Below, in pieces: positions 1 to 11,897 of a stretch of 64,000 bases of DNA (positions are counted from its first letter, which is position 1; each line of letters starts with the position of its first letter). The stretch covers positions 27,838,001-27,902,000 of the forward strand of contig NC_135250.1 in the NCBI RefSeq assembly GCF_964204865.1. The letters run 5' to 3'. The notes under the pieces are model-generated. The model had not been told where the DNA came from. It saw only the letters and a list, made by a program, of their open reading frames with translations, and did not search any database. Made by a program: the position numbers and the translations under genes. This stretch comes from Styela clava. Lineage: Eukaryota.

Positions 1-130
1 ACTGACATATTGGCGCTGATTCGAAGCAAGGTGGGAAATACCAATGGTATTTTGGATGTCTTCATGATGATAAACCATTTTCAACTGACATATGGGCGCC
101 TGTTGATCGCGTCATCGTCGTATTTGTAGG
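1..130. repeat. Partial ~84-bp minisatellite at the cassette boundary
   Basis: ACTGACATAT..GGCGC motif at 1 and 84; same unit at 20690-20975, 29820-30420 and 43130-43960. Implies the array continues left of the window. Confidence 0.8.
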
Positions 131-942
131 CATTTTTACTTTATTTTTTATTAGAATATTTTTGATAGAATATAATTTCAATAGAATATTCTACGGGCAA
201 TGCTTACAACATGTTTTTTTCTATTTAACAACAAGGGTGGCATGCACTATAATGAAGGGTTACAACAGCACATATTCTTCAATAAAATACGATAATCACA
301 AAAGAGCTTCACCTACAAACAGTTCAAATTCGAATATTTGATTGTACAAGATCTATTCCAAAAATTGGAACCATTACCAGAATAAGTTTTTTAAAAGGTT
401 CAATTGGAAGCCGATCCTCGAGAAAGAAAAAAACTCTTTTATACGTCACCCACTGGCAAATATATTAAAAACAAATTAAAGCTTGTATGGGAAAAATCTA
501 AGAAAAAATAGGGTTACAATTGATAGTTCAAAGTTTTTGAGCATTCACTTGGAGAAAATATTGTGAAATATATTTGAAAATGCATATACATTGGTTGGGC
601 TAGATATTAAGATGCTCCTCGTTTTCCGCAGTAATATTGTTATACATTATAGTGTTTTTGAGATAAAACGAATGCTTTTGAATGATAAAATACAGTATAT
701 GTACGCCACTGATATAAAAAAAATAGAACTAAAGCCTAGATATCTGTACAACAGAGTTTAAAAAAAAAAAAAAAACATTTAGATAAAAGAAAACAACAGA
801 TCAAAATATTTAAAAGTCTTCAGCATTATCTAAATTACTAAAATTTGCTGTTACGTCAGTAACGCTAAATATTAAAAAAACGTATGTGGTTGTCCGAAGT
901 AATATCATCAAATCTGAGTGTTTTGAGATAAAATGAATGCAT

Positions 943-3900
943 CTACATGTTATAAAGCACGTTGTCTACCATTTTTCTTTCCAACTCAGCTTTTTTTGAA
1001 GTTTTTGCGTTTTTGTTGACCACGCTATACATATCTTCAATGTTTTTGGAGTTGTTTGTTCCATGTGTTTCCTCGTTCTCTTGATGCACCTCGTTCTCTT
1101 GCTGCGTTTCGTCCTCTTGCTGAGGTTCGTGTTGCGGACAAATTTTCGAGCTTGTAGATACTAACTTGCGATAATATGCCAGTTTACGGAGAAATCTTAA
1201 ACACAGAAGCTAAAGATAACGACCAGAGAAAAAAATCCGAATGAGTAGTAGCCTACTGGAGATTTGACAGTCGGTTGCATGAAAATATAGGCAGAATCTT
1301 GTATAATAATCTATGCTGAAAAATTGGCATGAACTAAATCAAACTTCCTACAATTTATAAAAAATAATTTTTTTTTCAAGTGTTCACTAATATTTTATAA
1401 ATTTATATTCAAATTACCTCAATGTTAGGATGATTATAAGGAGTATTGCTAAACCAAGCAAGATTCCCAGAACGATTATCAAAGTTAGAATATTCTTCGT
1501 TTTACAATTTCCACCATAACCTTTGGTTGTTTCTAGAACTTCTGCGGTCGTAGACAGTGATATTGAGGTTAAGCCATTTTGTGTATCATTCCCCAAGTTA
1601 TCAGATTCTGTTGCAGTCGGTCCATTCTCTGAATATTTTGTGTGGTAGATTGCGTTAGATGTGGTGGAAACAGTATTCCTTGTTGTAGTTTGTTTAATCC
1701 CTACAAATAAATACAATTTTGTTTTATTGGTGATTTAATTTGTTGCATTACTTCAATCAAGTTTGTTGAGGCTACTCAAATAGGTACAGTTCAACTTTTA
1801 TTACTGATTTATTTTATTTAATAAAGTTTGCTTTTTTGAAACAAAAATATCAGTAATAGAAAATTTAAGATGTCAGATCTGACGGAGTCTTTTGTGCTTC
1901 TTGCGTATTGGAATAAAACCCAAATATTTTCAGTTTTTATTGGTGTGAACTCTTTTTAAAACAAGTATGTGCATATATCAAGAAATCGCCTCTCAATTAA
2001 AAATTATTATAATAAATTATGGTATCAAATAATTAAAAATTAATTCGTATTCAATAAACTAAAATTACATTCCCTAATGCATAGGTTCTCAAAGTGCTCC
2101 GTACGGAGCCCCAGGGCACCGCGAGAGAAACCCAGGGGCTCCGCGAGCTATTCGATTACTTTTCAAAATAATAACTAGTTTTGTAACTGTTCAAAGAAGC
2201 AATAACAGCTTTGATAAAATTTGACAACAATATAGCATCGAAATATGGCAAAGAAGAGGAATTAAAAAATGACATTATTTATAAGCTGGAGCGCAGCCAG
2301 GATTCTCAAGAGGTGGGGATTTGAATCGGAAATTTCCGCGCAACATTCTTTGCGATTATAAAAAACGGATAACGAGATTTCTGTTGCGTAAAATGTATGG
2401 CCGATGCGAGCATTTAAAGGGTCTTGTCGTAATAATTCAATTGTACTCATAGTTACTCAAGTTTCATTCGAGATTTCTATTAGGATTACTAAAATGAAAG
2501 AATACTATTCTAAAATAACATAAAATACGTGATAAACTGCCAACTATAAATAAATTGGAGTCGTATTTTCGCGACCCTGGAATTTGTCAAACTTGATTTG
2601 TTCTTTTGCACTCGAGATTATTATTAAGCAAGATATCGCCGTTTAAAAAATCACAAGATCTGGGCCAAATACGATTGAAATTTATTTTAATGCATGCGGC
2701 TCCGTCGGTAGTTTCACAATAAAAAAAAGGTAATTCGCGCACACAATTAACTGTGTTCCGATTTCGCAGTTACTATACGGTGAATAACCAAAGAAAACCT
2801 AACATTACACCAAATTTTGTGATTTACAATGCCTATGAAAGCATTTTTAATCTGACGTGAGTCTTCTAAAACCAAACTTATATAGTGTGATCTTTTATTT
2901 TAAGTTTTAATATTTTAGAATGCATTTTTTCAATCAAGAAATTTGAGTTGCGGATTTACCTCTTTATTATTAATTATTATTTTTAGCATTTCGTCGCCGA
3001 TGACTATATATGGCAACATGTTTTTTACATTGAACTCATAGTTCCCCACGAGAACAAAAAAGCAATTATCGTCGCCATTGTGAAACAATACATGTATATG
3101 CCGAAGAAAATTTTTGATTTAGGGAGAATAAACACCGGCGTAAAGATGTTTAAAAACATGCCATGCTGACGAAAACTATCGGTGATTGTAACAAAATGCA
3201 ATCGCGCACGTTATCAGCGCCTTTTAAGTCTTCCGAAAATGTCAAAAGGGAAAAGATTCGACCCCTAGTTTATTAATATGTTTGTCAAGTGTCAAATTTA
3301 CAGCTTTAGTAAGAGTATATATAATTTAAATTTTGATTTATTTATGACTTGCATTAACCCATTAAAAAAGGTTTAGCATTTAATTTAGGTCAAGTACTTT
3401 TAACTTGCTCAGGAATATTTATCGGAAAGCTACAATTTTAACATTTCTTTTGGGGCTCCGCGCATATTAGTCAACCTTTTCAGGGGCTCCGCGACACCGA
3501 AAGTTTGAGAACCCTTGCCCTAATGTATAAGAGATTATTGACTAGTTGAGTATGCCAATGTACTGTATATTTAAAATAATGTATATACTTTGCTATTCTA
3601 CAAAATCGGCACATTATAATATTGTTGCAGCTCAGCAAGCATACATATTACTTCTTTGGGTAATATATGTTTACACTTTTGTATCTATGATATTTTCTAC
3701 TTCAGATTACTGCAGAATATAGTACGAAGGATTTAAGTTTAAAGAGACTAATTAAAATGGCTCATACGTAATGTGTTGCTTTTACCTGTGTTGTTTAATA
3801 TCCGGTATATTGACATTATGTTGAATTCCTGTAATTCAGAAGAGTAACCATCTCCTGTCTTATATGTTAAATTAATTGAAAAAACATTATCTCCAATGAT

Positions 3901-5338
3901 ATGACGGTATATCCCATTACATCCGTCATTAATAGATTCATCAGATATAGTTTTGAGGGAAAAAAGGAAACAGTCGTTGAGTTTGGAATGACACAGTTCT
4001 GTATCCACTAATCCAGCTGAAAAATAGTGATTAGTTGCAGCCTTTGCATTTTATTACCTCCTATAATTCACCATATACGGCACTAATATGAGTATCACGT
4101 CCTAATTTCACATATTATATCCGATATAATGGTTACCTACGTAGATATCTCGGCAAAAACAGCACAACTGAGACATTTGTAAATCTTAATTAACGCAACA
4201 GGAAATCATAAAGACAACTATTAAACTACTAAAAACTAGATAATATGCAACGTATAACACATAAACATGTTTCGAGAGAAATAACCACATGGTGAAATGA
4301 AATTACTAGTACACAAATTAATCGAAACAAGCCTTGAAGGCAGATATAAAACTCTGTTTTTATAATAAATAGAAGTTGTTTAATTGTTACAAATAAACAC
4401 AAAAAATATATTCCTCTTGATTACCAGTAATTTTCAGAGATCCAATGCACTGACTGTTTTGATTGAGAATATTTTTAGTAATCTTAACTAACAAGACGCT
4501 GTTAGCAGATATGCAACTATCGGCTTTTAATTCCCAAATAGTGTGAATATCCCATGCTTTTCTGAAAAATACAATTTAAAAATGACTATTTAAACTTTAT
4601 TTTCATGTTCAAATACGGCTGGATGATCATAAAATTTCATCATTTTTAAAAGTTCATCAAAATAAAGTTTTTCTATAATTTTCATTATTCTGTTGATTAT
4701 TATTCATGTTAAATTTTTTTTATTGGATTGAATGCTTCATTTGTATCAATTTTTATCAAAATTGAATAGAATAATAGAGAAATGTTTACGTTACACTTGC
4801 TATTGATACAGGTGTAGAACATAAATCAACGTTAGTCTGACCCAGACTAATAGATCGGTGAAGTATTGCTGCAACTATCGGTGAACAAGAAAAAATATTA
4901 GTTGCGTTTAATATTTTTCTTTAGAACTGACAAGTCGTAAATCCGCTCTAAGGGTTTGAGTTTCAAATACGCGAAATATTATTAAAGATGACTACTTTAA
5001 GTATACATAAAGTTAATATGCAAGTGTACATGTCAACTATTTTTTCCCAGTACTAATTGGTTGAATCCTTAAAAAAATGAAGTTATAAAACGTTGAAGTC
5101 ACGAATTTCTAAAAGACTCAAAACCGGGATGGAATTCCAAAATTCATATCACTCACTCTAAAAAGTTTCGGAATTATTTAAATTTGAACGAAGTATTTTA
5201 ACTCCACAACTTCATTCCCTATACATAGTGAAGTAAACAACACCTATCCGCTTATATACATTATTGAGAGTCACTAGTAGAAATGATATGAACAAATTAC
5301 TCACATATAAGTAACAAAACCCGCGCAAAGAAATGCAT
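943..5338 (-). CDS. Gene A: class I type I membrane receptor-like protein, ~350 aa, apparently intact
   Basis: Exons (minus strand) 5338-5305, 4874-4790, 4561-4425, 4101-4072 (candidate micro-exon), 4016-3786, 1700-1418, 1195-943. All introns GT-AG with matching phases; total 1053 nt with no internal stop. Signal peptide MHFFARVLLLIFAAILHRSIS; TM ILTLIIVLGILLGLAILLIIILTL; tail ...AYYRKL...DMYSVVNK...MVDNVLYNM*. Confidence 0.85.
2080..3517. mobile_element. Non-autonomous hAT-type DNA transposon in an intron of gene A
   Basis: Imperfect TIRs CATAGGTTCTCAAA / TTTGAGAACCCTTG; perfect 8-bp TSD CCCTAATG at 2072-2079 and 3518-3525. The empty site is seen in paralog D (about 22798). Confidence 0.9.
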
Positions 5339-8011
5339 GTTTTCCAAATATGTCTGCTCCCTTCTATTGCAACTACACCGAGAATCTTTATTTGGTTATC
5401 TCAAAGTTTAAATTTGAAATCGTAAATGTCGGCCAAGGCAACAGCTGTTGCGTTGCATTCATTAGAGTGTATCTATACTCATTTATTACGTGTACTAAAG
5501 CGATGAATATTACTTGCCAAATCCAGATTAGTAATTGTAAAGTACGCTCTTTGTTAATTGGTAATGTGTGAGATCACTTCCTCGTGCACAGACGATCACC
5601 TGCAACAGTTCACTAAGGTTCGTTATTTGAAATCATGATCTGACTAATGTTATTCAATGATTGAGATCGAATCTTCCGAACAAAATTTTGAATTGGAAAT
5701 ATTGCTAATTTAGTTCCTGAAAACTTTGGATATTTTTAATTTACTTAGATTACTCTTCACCCATTATGTATTTTTAAAGTGAATTGGCCAAACTATGAAC
5801 AATGCTATGAAACAAGAGAGCGATGGTCAAATATATGATCACGAAATGGTACGTGTATGCAATTTGTCACAATTTGGCGGCTGAGCACATATTTTAACTT
5901 ACGCAAAAGCGAAACCACCACAAGGAGTGCAGTTATTAATTTTGATGACGTTATCGCACACAAAAAAGGAGTTTTATAGAGGCCACACATATTTTTCAGA
6001 AAGAGCAATGCCCAAATATGTGGACGCAAAGGTCGGGCATTGGTACTGGTACGGTAAGTCTTAAGCTTAGCATGACATTGACTAAAAGATCGTCGGACAA
6101 GAGTGGCGGAATAAAGTCTCATTAGAACAACCATCTGTGCGATGTTTGGGCATATTCACTTGGTATATTATCTTCATAAAACGAATATAGAAATCCAATC
6201 AATAACTGGAGTACCCATGCAAACTAAACTAAACTAAAATATCTGATCATTCAAAAACACCAAATTGCAATAAGCATCGTTACAGGTCACGCCTTAGCTA
6301 AACAGTGATCACCAGCTGTGTTAAGTTTTGTGATATCAAAAAACCCCACAGGGCTCAAAGATATTTGATAATTTATAAAAGTAATCCTTTTCTGGAAACT
6401 ACTACCACCTTCATGTCATCAAGATTTAAAATCGATTGGTCCATTACTTTTGTTCACAACAATTTTAGGTGTGAATATTTCTTACAATTTATTTTCTGTC
6501 TTGTTGCTGCATTTTGATTTGGGTGTATATCGGCCGACGCATTTTTTTGATGAGACTCGCTAATGTTTTTGTGTTATTTTAAAGTTTTGGATACTTAATT
6601 TCCCATTGTATTTAATATTCAAGCAAAAGTATTTTCGTATTAAATTATTTTTCAATCCTCTACGATTTTACATGTCCAACTGCAGATTTTACCATTCCAT
6701 AAAAAAAATAACGTTGGTCAACTTGTGTTTGCTTAATTACAATATAACCATTGGGTCAACGGTCTAGGACCAATTGCCGAGATAAAAATCGTTAGCAAGC
6801 GATCTTTCTCTGGTGTGCTCGTGTTTCAACTTTGGAAGCTTAATCAATCAAGCCAACAAAATTATAATTGTATATCTAAGAACATACCTACAGAAAAATT
6901 TAGGTAATTGTTGATAACGATTGTTGCCATGAACTTAAACTAATATGTTTCAACATTTTTGTTTTGATTTATACAATTATAACTTGTCTCATAATTTTAG
7001 TTAAATTCTAACAGAAAGAATAGTATATTTAAGCATAATTTTACAAATAACATGTTAATAAATGTTCATGGGTAAATATTCATCACTGAATAGCCGTTTT
7101 AATTGTACTGTGGTATCTAAAGATAAAAAAATATCTTATTTATAACCCTAAATTTTGTCAATATGTTTTGAGCTAGAAGCACCTCAATTGCCTCGTCAAA
7201 GTGATCAAAAACCGAAACCATGATAACAAAATACTTTAACGTAAATTGAGAAGTCACGCAAGAATAATAAACGATCTATTACATCCTGTTTGTTGCACTC
7301 TTGTATTTCTTATCAACAAATTCTGTTGATGCAATTTATTCCTCAATAAATTATGTTCATTCTTTCTAATAATTGTTTGTTCTAAAGTTGCTCTTTTAGT
7401 TTCTATAAATTTTAATTCAGATCCGGGAAAGAAAGGACGATGTGCCGCTCTATTATTTCAGATTGAATATAAGGATCGCTTTGCAACTAGAATTTCTTTC
7501 CACTTTTGTAAATGAGCCAGCATTCGATCATGCAAACCCACAATATTCCAGATCGCCAATACATTTTATTAATATTTATTATTATGCAGTGGGATAATCG
7601 TTGCAGAAAAGCATTTATTATGCGAATAAAAATAATCCTAATCTAACGTTATGGTTCGAGATAACAATTATAATTACAATTTATAATTTATTTTTTTAAT
7701 ATCTATTTCATATAAATGAATTTATTTACTACAACAAAAAAAATTTAAAATAAATTCAGAATGTATATAGCAATTTATTTAAAAAATTGTTTGAGCCTGA
7801 ACTCGTTTTTTCTACATGTATATCAAATATATAATGATAACCCACTATACTTTCCCAAAAGTCCTCTATGTCTGCTCTAGACATTTAAGTTGGCTCATTT
7901 AAATTTCATGTTAAATGAGAACAAATATTAAATCAAAAGGCAAAATAAAATACACGAAAAAGTACATAAAACATCAAAATAGTTTATAAATTTGAAAAAA
8001 TTGAAAAAAAA

Positions 8012-8247
8012 GGTTACTCCCGTAGTATGTGCAATAAGATGGCGGACACCGGAACGTAGTATGTGCATCAAGTTAGGGTTAGGCCCTAATTGCAGGTACA
8101 AATACTACGGGAGTCACTTGGCTAGTCCACGAACTCATAATAGAACTAAATGAAGGAAATTGGAATAAATAATGGTCTAACCCTAACCTGGTACACATAC
8201 TATGTTCAGGTGTCCGCCATCTTGTTGCACATACTACCAGAGACCCC
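8012..8247. mobile_element. Fold-back MITE with long TIRs and internal GTTAGGGTTAGG motif
   Basis: CCCGTAGTATGTGCAATAAGATGGCGGACACC.GAAC.TAGTATGTG is mirrored at the other end. Lies downstream of class II genes; copies at 32823, 50918 and 56890. Confidence 0.8.
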
Positions 8248-8451
8248 AAAAATGAGTTTTTACTCAGTTTGCTAATGTTATATGTTAAATATGTGTATAA
8301 TCATTTTGTATGTCTATATATACTCTATTATAGCAAGATCTGATCACTTAATCTAGAGTGACTATACTCAATCATGTATAGTCTGGAGCAGTCAATGACA
8401 CGAAGAGAAACTGAAATTATTGTTCAACAAATAAACAGGTATAAGGTGAAG

Positions 8452-11400
8452 TCAATATTCAATATCATGATAGGGGTGAAAATTTGTCGGCTCGTATTCA
8501 GATGATCCATCAGGTTGTTGCAATGAATCGCTCGTCAAGTATTTAATCTGGTGTCTTGGATCGGGATGATAAGTCATTGCAGAATGCTCATGACAAATAG
8601 GCAATTCGTATTCAGAAGTTTCGGTAGAGCTGGTTGTCTTTGATCGTTTAATAGTGTTGTTTTCGTAGATTCCGTGTTCACATTCAAACTGAGCTTTTGA
8701 TATATTTTTCATACTTGGTTTCTCATTATTCCGGATAGCAGTTGTATTCCTGTTGTTTTTCATCCTAAAATAATGAAAAAAGTATAGATTTCCAAGCTTC
8801 GGTCGTATCTCAATGTCATGCAGGTATAAATATTTCGGCGCCTAACCGTTGTAGATACAACAGTGATGCGAACATTTCGACAATGCTAACAAAAGCGAGT
8901 TCGACAATTAATGAATTTAATGTTACTTGGAATGATTTTGACCTACTACTACCGATCCCTGATGTCGTACTAACGACTCAACCACTTTTGAATCAGTTAA
9001 AAATAATACCTCTCTAACACAGTTTATATTATTCAAAATAGAAAATCCATTCCAAATCCAAAACTGCTATTTGGATATGTGATACGAATACCCATATGGA
9101 CATCTGAAGATTCCGAGAGTTGTTCCGGCAGATTCCGATAGTTTCCGTATTTGAAAACAATAGAAAATAAAATGGACGCTAGCTCTTTTAAATCAATGCC
9201 CTTGTCTGTGCAATGTTTATTAAACATCCAATAGTGATTTGAATCTTACTTGATAGTGATGACAATAATGATGATCACTGCAATAACGAGAAGAATGCCA
9301 AGTACAATAGTAGAGATGAAAAAGATTTTCTTTGTTTCTCTGCCAAGGTCGTCGCTACTTGTAGTTGGTTTTGTTATTTTCTCAACTCCAGTTTGTTCAA
9401 CCGACGCAGTTGTTGCTTCATTTGTGGGCAGGCGCGTGTTGCTTCCAGTAGTTGCAATTTGAACATCTTTATGAGCTTATTGAAAGTTTACATAATTCAA
9501 TACATCTAAATAATACCAATTATCATAACAAGCACAATTACAAGATTGACAGCATTGAAGTTTAAGAAATTAAAACCACACTAATTTTATTTTGTTCTAA
9601 TTTTTTTTTTTTAATATGTCGTCGATTTTGGTAAAGCCCAAAAATGTGTCAAGTTATTTTGTTTATAGGATATAAAAGCAATACCTATGTCGTGCTAACG
9701 AATAACCGCTCATAAGGACATAAGTATTCAGTTCGTTCTAAATTACAATAAATTCCTTGTTCCATTAGCGTATTTGTTTGCCCTTGTTTGCTGCATGTTT
9801 TCACATAGATTAAGGGAATGCGAAAATCTTGGAAATGATCATAGAAACCATCCTCTGTCTTATAGGTAATATTTATTCTAAATGCAAAGTCTTCAATGAT
9901 GATATGAGGAAATATTCTAGCACATCCGTCAGTAACAGAACCATTAGATACATTTTTGAAGAAAAAGGAAACAGTCGTTTGATTGGGAATTACGAAGTTC
10001 TGTTCTAATTTGATAAAAAATTTGCTATTTGCTATGCGGAGCATTTCATATAAATAGATTAATAAACATTGAATACAATACGAAGAACTTAAGTTGAAAA
10101 GACTAATTATATTCGCTCATACTTTGCTGCTTTCACCTGTGTTGTTTATGATCCGGTACATCAAATGGATTTTGTATTCTTGAATTTCATGAGAGTAACC
10201 ATTTCCTGTCTTATATGTCAAACTAATTGGAAAAATATTATCTTCAATGATATGCTGGTATATCCCATTACATCCGTCAGTAATAGATTTATCAGATACA
10301 GTTTTTGGGGCAAAAAGAAAACAGTCGCTGAGTTTGGAAGCACATAATTCTGTATCAACCAATCCAGCTGAAAAATAGTGATGAATTGGCGCCCTTACAT
10401 TATAGTACATGATAATACCTCCTATAATTTACCATATACGTCACTAATATGAGTACCAGGTCCTACTGTCACATATTATATCCGATATATTGGTTACCTA
10501 CTTAGAGATCTCGGCAAAAAAACGCATATCCCTAGTAACTGCGTTTTTTTTAAGTAAAGTGATACATTCTATTACTCTTTATATGGTGAATGGTGGTTAC
10601 ATTATCGCATGTAATTTTGAGGTAAATTATTTATTTTTGCGAAGCATAACTGACACCAACACATCTGTAATTCCTAATTACCGCAACAGCAGACAACTAT
10701 TCATAGGGATAACTATTATAAACTAGATAAGTAGTGCATTTATGCAACGTATAACACATAAACATGTTTTGAGAGAAATACCCCCTTGATGAAATAAAAT
10801 TACCAGGGCACAAATTAATTGAAACAAGCCTTAAAGGCGGATACAAAACTATATTTTTATAACAAATAAAAGTTGTTTAATTGTTACGGATAAACAAAAA
10901 AAAAATGTATTCACTTTGATTACCAGTAATTTTTAGAGATCCAATGCACTGACTGTTTTGATTGAGATTATTTTCAATAATTTTAACTAACATGACGCTG
11001 TTAACAGATATGCAACTATCGGCTTCTAATTCCCAAATATTGTGAATATCCCCTGCTCTTCTGAAAAATACAATTTAAACTTAATTTTCATGTTCATATA
11101 CGGCTGGATGATCATGAAATTTCATTTCATCATTTTTAAAAAGTTTATTAAAATAAATTTTTTTTATATTTTACATCATTCTGTTGATTGTTATTGAAGT
11201 TAAAAATTTTTTATTGAATTGGATGCTTTATTTGTATCAATTTTTATTATAATTTAACCAAAAAAAATTAAGAAATGTTTACTTTACGTTTGCTCCCACT
11301 TCAGGTGTTGTACATAAATCATAGTTAATCTGGTTCTGACCAATAGATTGGTGAAGTATTGCTGCCAATATAGATGAACAAAAAAGAATATTAGTTTTGT

Positions 11401-11835
11401 TGAATATTTTCCGCAGAACCGACAAGTCATAAATCCGTTCTAAAGGTTTGAGTTTCAAATACGCAACATTTTATTCAAGATGACTTCGTTAGGTATACGT
11501 ACAGTTATATGGCAGTGCAAATGTTTACTATCTCACTCAGTACTAATTAGTTATATCCGTGTCAAAGAAAAAATAAATTTATAAAACGCTGAAGTCACGA
11601 ATTTCTAAAAGACTCAAACTCTCGACGGAATCCTATAATTCATATCACTCATTTTAAAAAGATTGGGAAATATTCAAATTTGAATGAGGCATTTTAACTC
11701 AAAAAATTCTTTCCCTGTAAGTATTGAAGTGAACAACATCTATCCGTTTATATACATTACTGAGAGTCACTTATAAAAAATGATATGAACAAATTACTCA
11801 CATATAAGTAACAATACCCGCGCAAAGAAATGCAT
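8452..11835 (-). CDS. Gene B: class II membrane receptor-like protein, open if the duplicated exon is skipped and a cryptic acceptor is used
   Basis: Exons 11835-11802; 11367/11361-11283 (canonical acceptor AG>AT at 11368, in-frame CAG 6 nt downstream); 11060-10924; 10462-10433; 10367-10137; [10031-9783 duplicated exon, donor GT>GG]; 9475-9250 (stalk plus TM IFFISTIVLGILLVIAVIIIIVITI); 8764-8452 (tail with IYENN, EYELP, EYEPT, PYHDI). Confidence 0.65.
9783..10031 (-). pseudogene. Degenerate tandem duplicate of the 231-nt ectodomain exon (exon A')
   Basis: Translation homologous to exon A (TDGC..I..HI...INITYKTEDGFY). Internal indels sum to -3 and the donor is lost. Homologs at 34504-35614, about 52591-52835 and about 58593-58838. 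Confidence 0.75.
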
Positions 11836-11883
11836 GTTTTTCAAATATGTCATCTCCCGCCTCTTGCAACTACACCGAAGAAC

Positions 11884-11897
11884 TTTATATGGTTATC
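11884..11897 (-). promoter_or_regulatory. Putative TATA box with adjacent GATA motif
   Basis: GGATAACCATATAAA on the minus strand about 49 nt upstream of the ATG. TATAAA sits at the same 48-50 nt offset in D (24773), F (37466), H (54636) and I (60703). Confidence 0.45.

Noticed and set aside
2262-2450. ORF as a hAT transposase C-terminal remnant
   Set aside because: Resemblance to the hAT dimerisation motif is too weak to call by eye.
8070-8082. TTAGGG telomere-like motifs
   Set aside because: Only about two units, internal to a MITE; not a telomeric array.
8452-8500. Canonical ITAM in the class II tail
   Set aside because: First motif is YEPT, not YxxL/I, and the tyrosines are only 8 residues apart.
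9250-9462. Hydrophobic plus-strand ORFs (also 33979, 52068, 58069, 45521)
   Set aside because: Antisense shadows of the minus-strand TM and tail exons.
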